This document shows, piece after piece, positions 9,992 through 19,533 of a stretch of 64,000 nt of DNA. The stretch spans positions 24,042 to 88,041 of IMG/VR virus record IMGVR_UViG_3300002460_000003; one strand, given 5' to 3'. The stretch comes from a virus. Both the position numbers and the translations under genes were made by a program. Below the pieces are notes generated by a model. That model ran no database searches, was not told the DNA's origin, and saw only the letters and a list, made by a program, of their open reading frames with translations. Position 1 is the stretch's first letter; each line of letters begins with the position of its first letter.

Positions 9992-11287
9992 TTGGCCGAA
10001 TTAGACCAGATTGTACAAATTTTTATCACACGCGAAACGGCACAGATTGATACTGCCAGTTTCGACATCCCCGCTGTCCTTGCAACCTTTACCAACTTCT
10101 CAGAGCGTACCCGTACCTATACTAGCATTACTGGTGTTGCTGATGACTTCCCTTCAACTAGTAATGTTTACAAGATGGCATCTGCCCTGTTTGGTCAGAC
10201 ACTAAAGCCAACTAGCATTGTTGTTGGTCGTCGTCAAGTAGATGGTGTTGCTGGTTCAGTAGCCACTGTAGCCAATAGCACAACCTATACTGTAACCATT
10301 AATGGTACTATCTTTACTTTCACATCCGATGTTGATGCTACTGCTGTAGAGATTGTTGCTGGCCTTAAAGCTGCATATGACCTTGCTCCTATTTCAGGTA
10401 TCACTTTCGTTGATAACCTTGACGGTACTTTTGATGTATCCGTAGTCACTCCCGGTACTGCTTGGTCAATCGTAGCCTCTACTAATCTGACTCTGGTGAA
10501 TGATACTCCAACTGAGACTTGGACTGAAGCTCTTGAAGCAGTAGAAGACAGCAACAGCGTTTGGTATGCCCTAACTTGTGAATCACACGTTAAAGCAGAT
10601 ATCCTTGAACTGGCTGCTGCTATTCAGGCACGCCGTAAGATTTATGGTACATCTACTCAAGACACCGATGTCCCTACTGCTGCAATTACTGATGTTGCTA
10701 CTGCTCTTTCTGATGCAAACTATGATCGTACATTTATTGTATATCTACCAACCGCTGATGCTGACTATCCAGAGTGTGCTTGGATTGGTAGCCAACTTCC
10801 TGAAGTACCTGGTTCTAACACTTGGAACTTTAAATCAGTAAGTGGCCCAACTGTTAGTTCCCTGACTGATACTCAACGGGTTAACCTCCGTAGCAAGAAT
10901 TGCAATATGTACACTCGCGTAGCTGGTGTAGAAATCTTCCAAGATGGTGTTGTCTCTAGCTCAGAGTTCATTGACGTGATGATCTTTATTGACTGGGTAT
11001 ATGCCCGTCTACAAGAGGCCATCTTCTTCCGTCTAATCAATAGCAAGAAGATTCCATATACTCGTGTTGGTGCCACTATCATTGAAAACGAGATTCGTAC
11101 TGTACTCACCCAAGGTGTTACTAACGGTGGTATTGCACCTAATCCTGCCTTCACAGTAGAAGCTCCAGACCCATTGGCAATTTCCCCCACCCTCCGTGCT
11201 CAACGTACTATGGGTGATTTCCTGTTCAACTTCCGCTTGGCTGGTGCTGTGCATAAGGTTGTTGTTCGTGGCGTGGCTGGGGTTTAA
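9992..11287 (+). CDS. contractile tail sheath protein (DUF3383-like)
   Basis: Probable TTG start (MAELDQIV) after GAGGA; KIPYT and LAGAVHKV motifs. Confidence 0.88.
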   Translation: MAELDQIVQIFITRETAQIDTASFDIPAVLATFTNFSERTRTYTSITGVADDFPSTSNVYKMASALFGQTLKPTSIVVGRRQVDGVAGSVATVANSTTYTVTINGTIFTFTSDVDATAVEIVAGLKAAYDLAPISGITFVDNLDGTFDVSVVTPGTAWSIVASTNLTLVNDTPTETWTEALEAVEDSNSVWYALTCESHVKADILELAAAIQARRKIYGTSTQDTDVPTAAITDVATALSDANYDRTFIVYLPTADADYPECAWIGSQLPEVPGSNTWNFKSVSGPTVSSLTDTQRVNLRSKNCNMYTRVAGVEIFQDGVVSSSEFIDVMIFIDWVYARLQEAIFFRLINSKKIPYTRVGATIIENEIRTVLTQGVTNGGIAPNPAFTVEAPDPLAISPTLRAQRTMGDFLFNFRLAGAVHKVVVRGVAGV

Positions 11288-11298
11288 GGAGAACTATT

Positions 11299-11823
11299 AT
11301 GGCAACTTCACAAACTCTAAAGTCCTACTCCCCTGAAGACATGACAATCATTCTGTCTAACAGCCAGTTTTCTCATGTTATTACTGGTTATGCAGATGGT
11401 TCGTTTCTGACTATCACTCGGGAAACTCCAGCTTCAACTCTCTACGTTGGTGCTGATCTAAGTAATGCTCGTGTTGTTCGTGCTAACAAAGCATCAACAA
11501 TCACACTGAGCCTTCACCAAGCTTCTGACTCAACTGATGTTCTTTCTCAGCTTCTAGCTAATGATGAAGAAACTCGTGATGAGACTTGGTTGTTCAGTGT
11601 AACTATCAAGGATAACATTGGTCGTAGTGTTTACTACAGCCCACAAGCTTTCATTGGTAATCATCCAGACGCTATGTATAGCACTGGTATTGAGAACCGT
11701 GATTGGGTAATTCAGTGTGTAAGTCTCTCCAACCTACAAGGCGGTAATGGCAAGTTCGATCCTGATACTTTGTCAACCCTTGAAGCTATTGGTGGTACTG
11801 TTGCTGATAAGTGGCGACCATAA
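11299..11823 (+). CDS. tail tube protein (DUF3277-like)
   Basis: YSPED...ITGYADGSF motif; follows sheath; followed by a terminator. Confidence 0.8.
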   Translation: MATSQTLKSYSPEDMTIILSNSQFSHVITGYADGSFLTITRETPASTLYVGADLSNARVVRANKASTITLSLHQASDSTDVLSQLLANDEETRDETWLFSVTIKDNIGRSVYYSPQAFIGNHPDAMYSTGIENRDWVIQCVSLSNLQGGNGKFDPDTLSTLEAIGGTVADKWRP

Positions 11824-11839
11824 TAGTTCCTTTGTTTAT

Positions 11840-11866
11840 GGGGCTTGAAATATAGCCCCTATTTTA
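11840..11866 (+). terminator. rho-independent terminator after tail tube
   Basis: GGGGCT...AGCCCC followed by TATTTTT. Confidence 0.65.
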
Positions 11867-11878
11867 TAAGGAATTTAT

Positions 11879-12385
11879 ATGTCTAATAGTTTGAATCACT
11901 ATTCACCTGAAGATATCACTGTACTGTTGTTTGGTGTTGTACCACTCACAGGCTTTATCTCAGGTACATTTGTAAACATCTCTAAAGACCTTGCCCCATA
12001 TAGTTCAGCTAGAACTAGTGATGGGCAAGTTGCAAGACTTTATAACAACGATCAAACTTATACTATTACCCTGACGTTACAAAATACGTCAGAAGGTAAT
12101 GAGATATTAAATAAGTTATTGTTGATTGATGAGATTACCCAACGTGGTAAGTTTCCTCTACTAATTAAAGACCAACTAGGTAGTAGCATATTCTTTAGTA
12201 CAACTAGTTGGATTGAAGGTGTCCCAGATGTTGGTTATGGGCCAGACATCTCAGAACGTACATGGAATATCAGAAGCAGTCAAGGTGTTAACTACATTGG
12301 TGGTAATGCTGATGCTAGTTCTCTTATTGATGACCTCTTAAATACTGTAGCCGCTGCTGCACCAATCTTAGAGGGACTTTTCTAA
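11879..12385 (+). CDS. tail tube-like paralog
   Basis: Same YSPED...LTGF...IKDQLG pattern as 11299..11823. Confidence 0.7.
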   Translation: MSNSLNHYSPEDITVLLFGVVPLTGFISGTFVNISKDLAPYSSARTSDGQVARLYNNDQTYTITLTLQNTSEGNEILNKLLLIDEITQRGKFPLLIKDQLGSSIFFSTTSWIEGVPDVGYGPDISERTWNIRSSQGVNYIGGNADASSLIDDLLNTVAAAAPILEGLF

Positions 12386-12873
12386 TGAGCTTTTCTGTAA
12401 ACACATATAGTCCTACGGATGTAACACTATCCTTTGGTGGTTATGTCCTTACTGGTTGGAACACAATTAATATCCAACGAGTATATGCTGGCATGACTGC
12501 TGTTGATGGTATCAATGGTAAGAACACCAGAGTACGAAATAACAATACAGCGGCAGTCATTAATTTCTCATGCCTACAGTCAGGTGAGTCTAATGACATT
12601 TTATCGCAGATTCACGCACTAGATTTACAAACAGGCTCTGCAAGGATTTCACTTACACTTAAAGATTTATCTGGTTCAAGTATATTTACTTCATCCGAAG
12701 CATATATCCTTCAATATCCAGAAGTGGTGTTTAGTGATTCCTTTGAGTACCGAGTTTGGTCGATACGTTGTAACACAAGTGATGGTTGGATTGTTGGGGG
12801 CAATTTGCGTCCGTCCACGTCACTCTTTGATTCAGCCCTCAGTACCATTTCTGATATTGCGGGTCTTATTTAA
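12385..12873 (+). CDS. tail tube-like paralog
   Basis: YSPTD...LTGW...LKDLSG pattern. Confidence 0.7.
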   Translation: MSFSVNTYSPTDVTLSFGGYVLTGWNTINIQRVYAGMTAVDGINGKNTRVRNNNTAAVINFSCLQSGESNDILSQIHALDLQTGSARISLTLKDLSGSSIFTSSEAYILQYPEVVFSDSFEYRVWSIRCNTSDGWIVGGNLRPSTSLFDSALSTISDIAGLI

Positions 12874-12891
12874 ATTCTGAGGAAATTGGTA

Positions 12892-13200
12892 ATGATTTTA
12901 GCACAAGTTGAAAAAGAAGTTGATGGTGAGAACTACATTCTCAAAACATTCCCTGCAATGGTTGGTCTTGGTATTCAACACAAGATGCAAACTGAAGGTA
13001 TGACCCCTGAACTAACTCGTGAAGTTATCTGTAAGGGAGCTTCCAAGGGTAGTATGGATATTGACGCAAAGTCTTTTGATAAGATGTTTGCTGGTCGTTA
13101 TGCTCATATGTTTAAACTCCTTAGTGAGATTATGAAGCATAACTTCGGTGACATGGAAGAAGAAGGCCCAAACGTCGAAAGCGATTCAAGCGAAGAATAA
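12892..13200 (+). CDS. tail assembly chaperone (G-like)
   Basis: About 100 aa upstream of tape measure; slippery heptamer near 3' end; start may be TTG 12886. Confidence 0.75.
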   Translation: MILAQVEKEVDGENYILKTFPAMVGLGIQHKMQTEGMTPELTREVICKGASKGSMDIDAKSFDKMFAGRYAHMFKLLSEIMKHNFGDMEEEGPNVESDSSEE

Positions 13201-13442
13201 AAGCTAGTGAGTCGCAAGTACAAACAGCAGAAGTAAAAAGAATAGCAGAGGAGTTTAGTGGAAGCTTTGAAGTAATGCGTTTGTTAATGTATGAACCAAG
13301 GCTCTGCACTTTACATGAACTACAAACAATCTATAGCGTTGAAGATATGTATTTCATGCTAGAGATGATAGATGTACAAGATACACTGAAAGAAGAACAG
13401 AAGAAAGCATCAGCTCCAAAAGCCCAACCAAGGATAAGATAA
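13167..13442 (+). CDS. tail assembly chaperone -1 frameshift extension (G-T-like)
   Basis: C CCA AAC at 13167-13173; the -1 frame is open for 91 codons (…CTLHELQTIYSVEDMYFMLEMIDV…) to TAA 13440-13442. Confidence 0.8.
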   Translation, partial: PKRRKRFKRRIKASESQVQTAEVKRIAEEFSGSFEVMRLLMYEPRLCTLHELQTIYSVEDMYFMLEMIDVQDTLKEEQKKASAPKAQPRIR

Positions 13443-13445
13443 TTT

Positions 13446-14429
13446 ATGCAAAAATCAGAGTTAGAAGATGATTTTGTCGGGCATGAGTTCGGTGTGGATA
13501 ATCAACTTGTAGTGATAGGTTGGTTTGGTGAGTTAGTGGGTAGTAACAGAAAGTATACAGTCAAATGTAATAAGTGCTCTGGCGATAGTGAACTATATGG
13601 CAATGGTGAATTTCTTATTACTAAGAGTAAAATACTTGACGGTAGGATGCCATGTGGTTGCTCAAAAGCTCCAAAGAGGACTAAAGAGCAATACGAGATT
13701 CTGATAAAAAGAGCTTGCTCGGAAGATAACTATAAGTTCATGGGTTGGGATGGAGAGTTTATTGGTGTAAAGTCAAGGGTGTTAATTGAATGTCCTTGCC
13801 ACAACATCTGTACATCTAAAGTGATTAATGACTTTCTTTCTGGTGGCAGGCGGTGCATAGAAGCTAGGCGAGATAAAGTTAAAAACACTTTACTCCAGTC
13901 TGAAGATGAAGTTATTAAAAGGTTTTTCGACACTGGTGCTTTCCATAAAGAAACAGTTTTTAAAAGAAGCGGTAGAATTGTTCCTTGTGAGAGGTACAGA
14001 GAAGGAGTCAAGCCTTATTGGTTTGTTACCTGTGGTGAATGCAAAGAAAGTTTTGAGACTTTATATAGTACACTTCTTAAAGGTGGAATGTCCTGTGGAT
14101 GCTTTCGACATAAACAAACATTGTCCTACATAAATGGACTGCATGATAAAGAAACTATTGTAGCAATTAAGATAGGCATAACATCCTCCATAATAAATAG
14201 AGAGAAACAACAAGCGCTTGCTTGTATATTTTCAATTAAATCGCTGGGTGTTTGGAAGTTTAGCACTGTCACAGATTGTAAGGCAGCAGAATCTGAGATT
14301 AAAACAACACTTCCTTGTGGGGTTATTAATAAGATTGAAATGAAAGATGGTCATACAGAAACTTTATCCACACTATACATTGATGAAGTTATTAATATTT
14401 ATGAAAAATATGGTGGAATTAAAGTATGA
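13446..14429 (+). mobile_element. free-standing putative homing endonuclease (Cys-rich repeats plus GIY-YIG/T5orf172-like C-terminal domain)
   Basis: Repeated CxxC/CGC units; YINGL...IKIGIT...NRE motif; sits between chaperone and tape measure genes. Confidence 0.65.
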
Positions 14430-16276
14430 CACAAATTTCAAGCTACTATGCTAAGGTTTCCTTGTCTACGGATATGGCTGCGCTTAAGAAGGTAGATAGG
14501 TATTTAAAACTATTAGAAGCTAAACTGGCTAAGTTCCATAAAAAAGGTAAGATTGGTAATGGTGTATTTAATATCAATTTTGCTTTTAATACTAATAGAC
14601 TTCAATTTGAAGTACAGAAAGCTTTCAATGATGTTAGTCGCAGGGTAATTTTTCCTGTAAATAGGTTCCAGATAGACCAGAGTAGACTGACCAGAGATAT
14701 TAATTCATCTATTCGTCAGGCTATGTTGGGCGTAAACAGGAATCTAACATTGAACCCTAGGGTAACACAGCCTAGAGGTGTTACTGGCAGAGCAGCAGCG
14801 TTAGGGCAACCAACTGGAGGTCTTTCAGCTCGTCAAGCTGGTCTTGCTGGTGGGTCTGCTGGAATCTTTAGTCGTTATGGTGGTCCTGCTATTCTTGGTG
14901 GTGCAACTCTTTATGGTGGGTCTGCACTTAATAGAGCTAACCAAGAAATCATTAGCGCTCAATTGACTACACAAGCCGTAGTTGAGGCGCAGGGTTTAAA
15001 GGGAGAAGGACCAGCAGCATTTGAATGGTTGAGAGGACAAGGTAATCGTATTGGTTTTAGTTATCTAGATCAAGCACAAGATTATAACAACTTCCTATCT
15101 AACAGCCTTGGTGCTGGTAGAACACTAGACCAAGCTCAGAACACATATCTTGGCTTTGCTGAGTATGCGAGAGCAATGGGTACATCGCCAGCTCGCCAAA
15201 AGTTAGTAATGAACGCACTATCTCAAATGGAGGCAAAAGGAACTGTCTCTATGGAGGAATTGCGTAGGCAAATGGCTGAATCAATGCCGGGCACTATGTC
15301 GGTATTCGCTGAAGCTTTGCAACGCCAAACAGGTGGAGGATTGCAAGGACAGGAGGCCATGCAAGCGCTTATGGAAGCAGTTCCAGAAGGTAGAGTTAAG
15401 TCTGATATCCTTCCTATTGTTTCTGAAATTCTGAGAGAGAGAGCAAAGCCTAAACTAGACATTGCTATGAAGACTTCTCAAGCTGAACAAGCAAGAGCCG
15501 TTAACCTCCTTACTGACTTCACTAATATTGCATCTAAGGCTGGTCTTGAGGAAGGTTTCTCACGAATCTTTAGAACATTCACAGATGGATTGAGTGAGTC
15601 TTCTGGATTAGTTGAAAGAATGGCTCGCGGATTTAATGAGCTAACAAAACACGCAAGAGACTTACTTCTATTCCCGGAATCTTTTGTAAGAGCATTAGAA
15701 GGGAGAGATAGCGTAATTGCTGATTGGTTAGGTGCTGATGTAAGTGCCCAGCTAGTTAAAGACTGGACAGAGATTAAGAATCTGTTTGGTGATATTATGG
15801 GATTTGAAACTCCATCTTGGCTCCCAACTCTAGAAGCAACAGCCAAAGAGATTGCTGGTATTATGAATCTAGTGGCTGAGTTTCAGCGTTGGAGAGAGGG
15901 AGCATTTCCCACAGTAGTTGCTCAAGATACATCAACCCCTGTTGCTGCTCTAAGTTCATTTGCAAATAATTCTCTTATGAATATTGGTGCTGCTAAGGCT
16001 AGGGGTCAAGCGGTCTATGGTGATCCTACATCTCCTTATTACAAAGACCCTGCTGGCTATGATACACAAATGCGGGAGAAAGCATTAGCTGAAATGCAAC
16101 CAAACAGCACTCAAAATACCATGAGTATTGGTTCTATTAATGTGGAAGTCAATGGGGGTGATTGGGCTGGTGAAAATCCTACTGAGTCCGCTCAACAACT
16201 TGCAGATAAAATTATATATCAAGTTAAAGAGCAACTTCTTGGCGAAGCATGGCAGATGTATCCACAAACCCAATAA
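14426..16276 (+). CDS. tape measure protein
   Basis: 616 aa, ALSQM..KG.VSMEELRRQMAE motif, Ala/Gly-rich. Confidence 0.9.
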   Translation: MTQISSYYAKVSLSTDMAALKKVDRYLKLLEAKLAKFHKKGKIGNGVFNINFAFNTNRLQFEVQKAFNDVSRRVIFPVNRFQIDQSRLTRDINSSIRQAMLGVNRNLTLNPRVTQPRGVTGRAAALGQPTGGLSARQAGLAGGSAGIFSRYGGPAILGGATLYGGSALNRANQEIISAQLTTQAVVEAQGLKGEGPAAFEWLRGQGNRIGFSYLDQAQDYNNFLSNSLGAGRTLDQAQNTYLGFAEYARAMGTSPARQKLVMNALSQMEAKGTVSMEELRRQMAESMPGTMSVFAEALQRQTGGGLQGQEAMQALMEAVPEGRVKSDILPIVSEILRERAKPKLDIAMKTSQAEQARAVNLLTDFTNIASKAGLEEGFSRIFRTFTDGLSESSGLVERMARGFNELTKHARDLLLFPESFVRALEGRDSVIADWLGADVSAQLVKDWTEIKNLFGDIMGFETPSWLPTLEATAKEIAGIMNLVAEFQRWREGAFPTVVAQDTSTPVAALSSFANNSLMNIGAAKARGQAVYGDPTSPYYKDPAGYDTQMREKALAEMQPNSTQNTMSIGSINVEVNGGDWAGENPTESAQQLADKIIYQVKEQLLGEAWQMYPQTQ

Positions 16277-16285
16277 GGAGGGTCT

Positions 16286-17098
16286 ATGAGTTTAGGCTTA
16301 CACTGGGGCAGCACAGAGCGCCCTGAAGACCCTTCGGGTTTTATTTACTTCGATGTTGTCACTGCATACTCACAAGATTATAAAGGTAAAGTAACTAGTC
16401 ACCCGGTAGACTCTGGGGCTAATATTACAGATCACTTCATTAGAGAGAATCCAACATTCTCTCTTTCTGGTGTTATCTCTGGTGTTGATATCTCCCCAAT
16501 CCCAAGTTTGATTAGAGACTTTCAAGGGTTGCAACCAAACAATGCTAACCCTCAACCTGAACCAATCTCAGTAAATAGTGGTACTTCTGGTCTTTTACAA
16601 TTTCTTCCTGATTCGATTGGTCAGTTTCTAAACCTTGGTAATCCAATTGCTGAACTTGGTAATAATGGTCTTAGGAATGACTTCACAGAAGAAGTTAGGG
16701 ATTCACTCATCGGCATCCTCTCTGGTGTTAAGTATAACCCTAAGACGGATAGGTATGATAGTTTCATCCAAACAGTAGAAATCTATGAGTTTGATGGTTA
16801 TAATATTAAGTCGATTGTCTTTGATCTAGTGTTAACCAACTTTAAGATTAGACAAGATGTCAATACTGGTGATGCACTTTATTTTGATTGCAGTCTAGAA
16901 CAAGTTACATTCGCTACTTTAGAAAAGACAGAACTACCGCAAGATGTTCAGAACGCACTAAAGAAGAAAGTTACACCAACAGCTAAGAAGGGTAAGAAAG
17001 GAAGTACACCTAAAGACTGTGCTGCTGCTCAAGAGGCAGGGGATACTACAGCGCCCGCTACCCCTGCTGAAGACCTTGATCCACTAAGAAAACAATAA
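16286..17098 (+). CDS. baseplate / tail-tube initiator (Dit-like)
   Basis: TSHPVDSGANITDH motif; follows tape measure. Confidence 0.75.
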   Translation: MSLGLHWGSTERPEDPSGFIYFDVVTAYSQDYKGKVTSHPVDSGANITDHFIRENPTFSLSGVISGVDISPIPSLIRDFQGLQPNNANPQPEPISVNSGTSGLLQFLPDSIGQFLNLGNPIAELGNNGLRNDFTEEVRDSLIGILSGVKYNPKTDRYDSFIQTVEIYEFDGYNIKSIVFDLVLTNFKIRQDVNTGDALYFDCSLEQVTFATLEKTELPQDVQNALKKKVTPTAKKGKKGSTPKDCAAAQEAGDTTAPATPAEDLDPLRKQ

Positions 17099-17112
17099 GG
17101 AAGGAGATACAA

Positions 17113-17448
17113 ATGACTGTTCAATATGTACCACTTCCTCTATTCACTGATGCTGATTATAGTTACTCTATTGCATTAGAAGGTGAAGCATTTATTTTCA
17201 GAGCTTATTATAATGAAAGGGCTGCTCAGTGGTTCTTTGATTTAAACTTTGAAGATGGTACTCCACTTATCCTTGGTGTTGGTTTAGTCCCTTCTTATAT
17301 TATTGGCTTGGATTATGTACTGACCCCAATTACTGGTTATATTTGGTTAGAGCCTATCGGTACAATTAATACTGAGAAATATAAAGAGTTTCCTTTCGAG
17401 TTATCTGAATACTATAAGTGCTTTTATATCTATGATGATGGTGAATAA
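17113..17448 (+). CDS. baseplate protein
   Basis: 111 aa, YNER..QWFFD motif; synteny. Confidence 0.65.
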   Translation: MTVQYVPLPLFTDADYSYSIALEGEAFIFRAYYNERAAQWFFDLNFEDGTPLILGVGLVPSYIIGLDYVLTPITGYIWLEPIGTINTEKYKEFPFELSEYYKCFYIYDDGE

Positions 17449-18330
17449 ATGGCTATCATCTACCAAAAGAATAGAGCATATTCGTTAATCATTGGTGATA
17501 TTGAAACAGGTGATGGATTTGAAGTCACTGAACTTAATATCTCCTTTGATGTTTCCAAGTCAAGTTCAAACAAAGACAAGACAAACAGTTGTGTAATTGA
17601 AGTTTATAATCTTTCTAAAGAGAAACAAAAGCTTTTAGAAAAAGATTATATTGCTGCTGTACTTAGTGCTGGTTATCATGACACTGCAATCAAAAGGTTG
17701 TTTGCTGGACAAGTAACAGAAGCCACTACACGCAAATCAGGTACAGATAGTATCACTCAGATTCGTATGGGTGCGGCTTATACAGAACTAAACCACTCAA
17801 CACTAAGTAAGTATGTAGCACCCGGTAAGACCTACAGAGACGTTCTTGAAGAGATTCGTAAAGAGCTTCCCGGTGTTTCTCGTGCGGTGTATAACGGAAC
17901 TAACCTAAACAATCCTGTGTTAGATGGTTATCCGCTCTCTGGTACAGCTAGAGAGCTGTTAGATGAGATTAGTGAAGCACAGCAAGTTGAGTGGCATGTT
18001 GATGATGGTGTTCTTTACGCTAATGATATGTCAGGCACATCAACAGATAACCTTGCAACATCATTTATAATTAACAAGACAACTGGTTTGATTGAACTTC
18101 CATATGCTGTTAGCGGTGATCATGCCAGAGCCAAGAAAGACCCAGTTAAAAAGACTGGTGTACAAATGAAGATTCTTCTCAATCCTGAGATACTTCCCGG
18201 TTCTATCATTCTCCTAGAAGATGATAACTTTGGTGGATACTACAAAGTAGAGTCCACCAGAACATATGGTCAATGGCGTGGTAATGATTGGTATACGGAT
18301 TTAAGATGTTCACAAAAGATTAAAGTATAA
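17449..18330 (+). CDS. baseplate hub protein
   Basis: IEVYNLS, LSAGY, TGLIELP and LLNPEI motifs. Confidence 0.75.
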   Translation: MAIIYQKNRAYSLIIGDIETGDGFEVTELNISFDVSKSSSNKDKTNSCVIEVYNLSKEKQKLLEKDYIAAVLSAGYHDTAIKRLFAGQVTEATTRKSGTDSITQIRMGAAYTELNHSTLSKYVAPGKTYRDVLEEIRKELPGVSRAVYNGTNLNNPVLDGYPLSGTARELLDEISEAQQVEWHVDDGVLYANDMSGTSTDNLATSFIINKTTGLIELPYAVSGDHARAKKDPVKKTGVQMKILLNPEILPGSIILLEDDNFGGYYKVESTRTYGQWRGNDWYTDLRCSQKIKV

Positions 18331-18340
18331 GGAGCTAAGT

Positions 18341-19126
18341 GTGTCTCGTGAAAAAAGTATGCAAGAGCTTCTTAATAACTCTTTTAGTTATAACATGAAT
18401 AACATCCACACAGCTATTCCAGCTATTGTTGTGACTGTTCGTAATGACCTAGAAGATATGACGCTGGATGTTCAACCAACTTTAAATATTAAAAATAAAA
18501 ATGGTTCTATAGAAGAACGTCCAGTGGTACTTAATGTTCCATTTCAGTTCCCATCATCTAGTACAGCAGCTTTTACCTTTCCAATTAATGTAGGTGACTC
18601 TGTTCTGCTTATCTTCTCCATGAGGGGGTTGGATACATGGAAAAGGGGAACAGGTAGACAAGTAACACCAACAGATTTCAGGAAGTTTGATAAGAAAGAT
18701 TGTTTTGCCATTCCCGGCATCCATACTATTTCTAATTCAATCAATGACCCTCAAAAACGTTTCTGGCCTCATAGTACACTAGATGCTGTCTTAGTAAATA
18801 ACATCGGTACAGGTCAAGAAAACGAAGTAAGACTTAAGGCTTCTGGTGACGTTATCGTCAACACTCAACAGAATGTTGAAGTGAATTGCAATAATGCTAC
18901 TGTGACTGCTCAGGCTGATATAACAATGACTTGTGCTAACTTTAGTCTGGATGCCTCTACTTCTATTACTGTTACATCCCCAACTACAACTTGGATTGGT
19001 GACATTAATCAGACTGGTAATTACAACATCACTGGCTCTTATATCTTAACAGGTACAAGCACCTTTAATGGTATTGCCTTTGATACGCATGATCACATCC
19101 CTGGCCCTGGCCCATCTAATCCATAA
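18341..19126 (+). CDS. baseplate central spike (gp138/gpV-like)
   Basis: HTAIPA, FPINVGD, beta-helix repeats and a C-terminal HxH (THDH) motif. Confidence 0.85.
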   Translation: MSREKSMQELLNNSFSYNMNNIHTAIPAIVVTVRNDLEDMTLDVQPTLNIKNKNGSIEERPVVLNVPFQFPSSSTAAFTFPINVGDSVLLIFSMRGLDTWKRGTGRQVTPTDFRKFDKKDCFAIPGIHTISNSINDPQKRFWPHSTLDAVLVNNIGTGQENEVRLKASGDVIVNTQQNVEVNCNNATVTAQADITMTCANFSLDASTSITVTSPTTTWIGDINQTGNYNITGSYILTGTSTFNGIAFDTHDHIPGPGPSNP

Positions 19127-19137
19127 GGAGAAGTATC

Positions 19138-19503
19138 ATTGATATTCTACTAGATGAAAGCACTCACGATGCTATATTCTTCAATGGGCCTCTTACAAAA
19201 GAGTATACCACTCAGCCGTATACTCAGACAACTGCACAACGACTTAAGATTCGTCTGCTAACTTTCCAAGAAGAGTATGTTTTTAATACAACATATGGTG
19301 TTCCCTACTGGCAACAGATTCTAGGTAAGAAGACAACTAAAGCAGCAGTTGACCTTTTGTTCCAACAACAAATCCTTCTAGAAACCGGTGTGAAAGAAAT
19401 CACATCCTTTTCTTCAACTCTAGTAAATAGAAATTACTCAATGACTTTCAGAGTGAAGGTTGTTAGCGGTGAAGAAACAACTCCAATTACAATCACCCTG
19501 TAG
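19138..19503 (+). CDS. baseplate wedge subunit (gp25/gpW-like), ATT start; absent from ORF track
   Basis: 121 sense codons (M)DILLDESTHD...QRLKIRLLTF..E...NTTYGVPYWQQILGKK; TAAGGAG 7 nt upstream; in-frame stop at 19117 excludes an upstream canonical start. Confidence 0.85.
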   Translation: MDILLDESTHDAIFFNGPLTKEYTTQPYTQTTAQRLKIRLLTFQEEYVFNTTYGVPYWQQILGKKTTKAAVDLLFQQQILLETGVKEITSFSSTLVNRNYSMTFRVKVVSGEETTPITITL

Positions 19504-19533
19504 TCAATCAGGGAAATATTCTGAGGAAATTAC

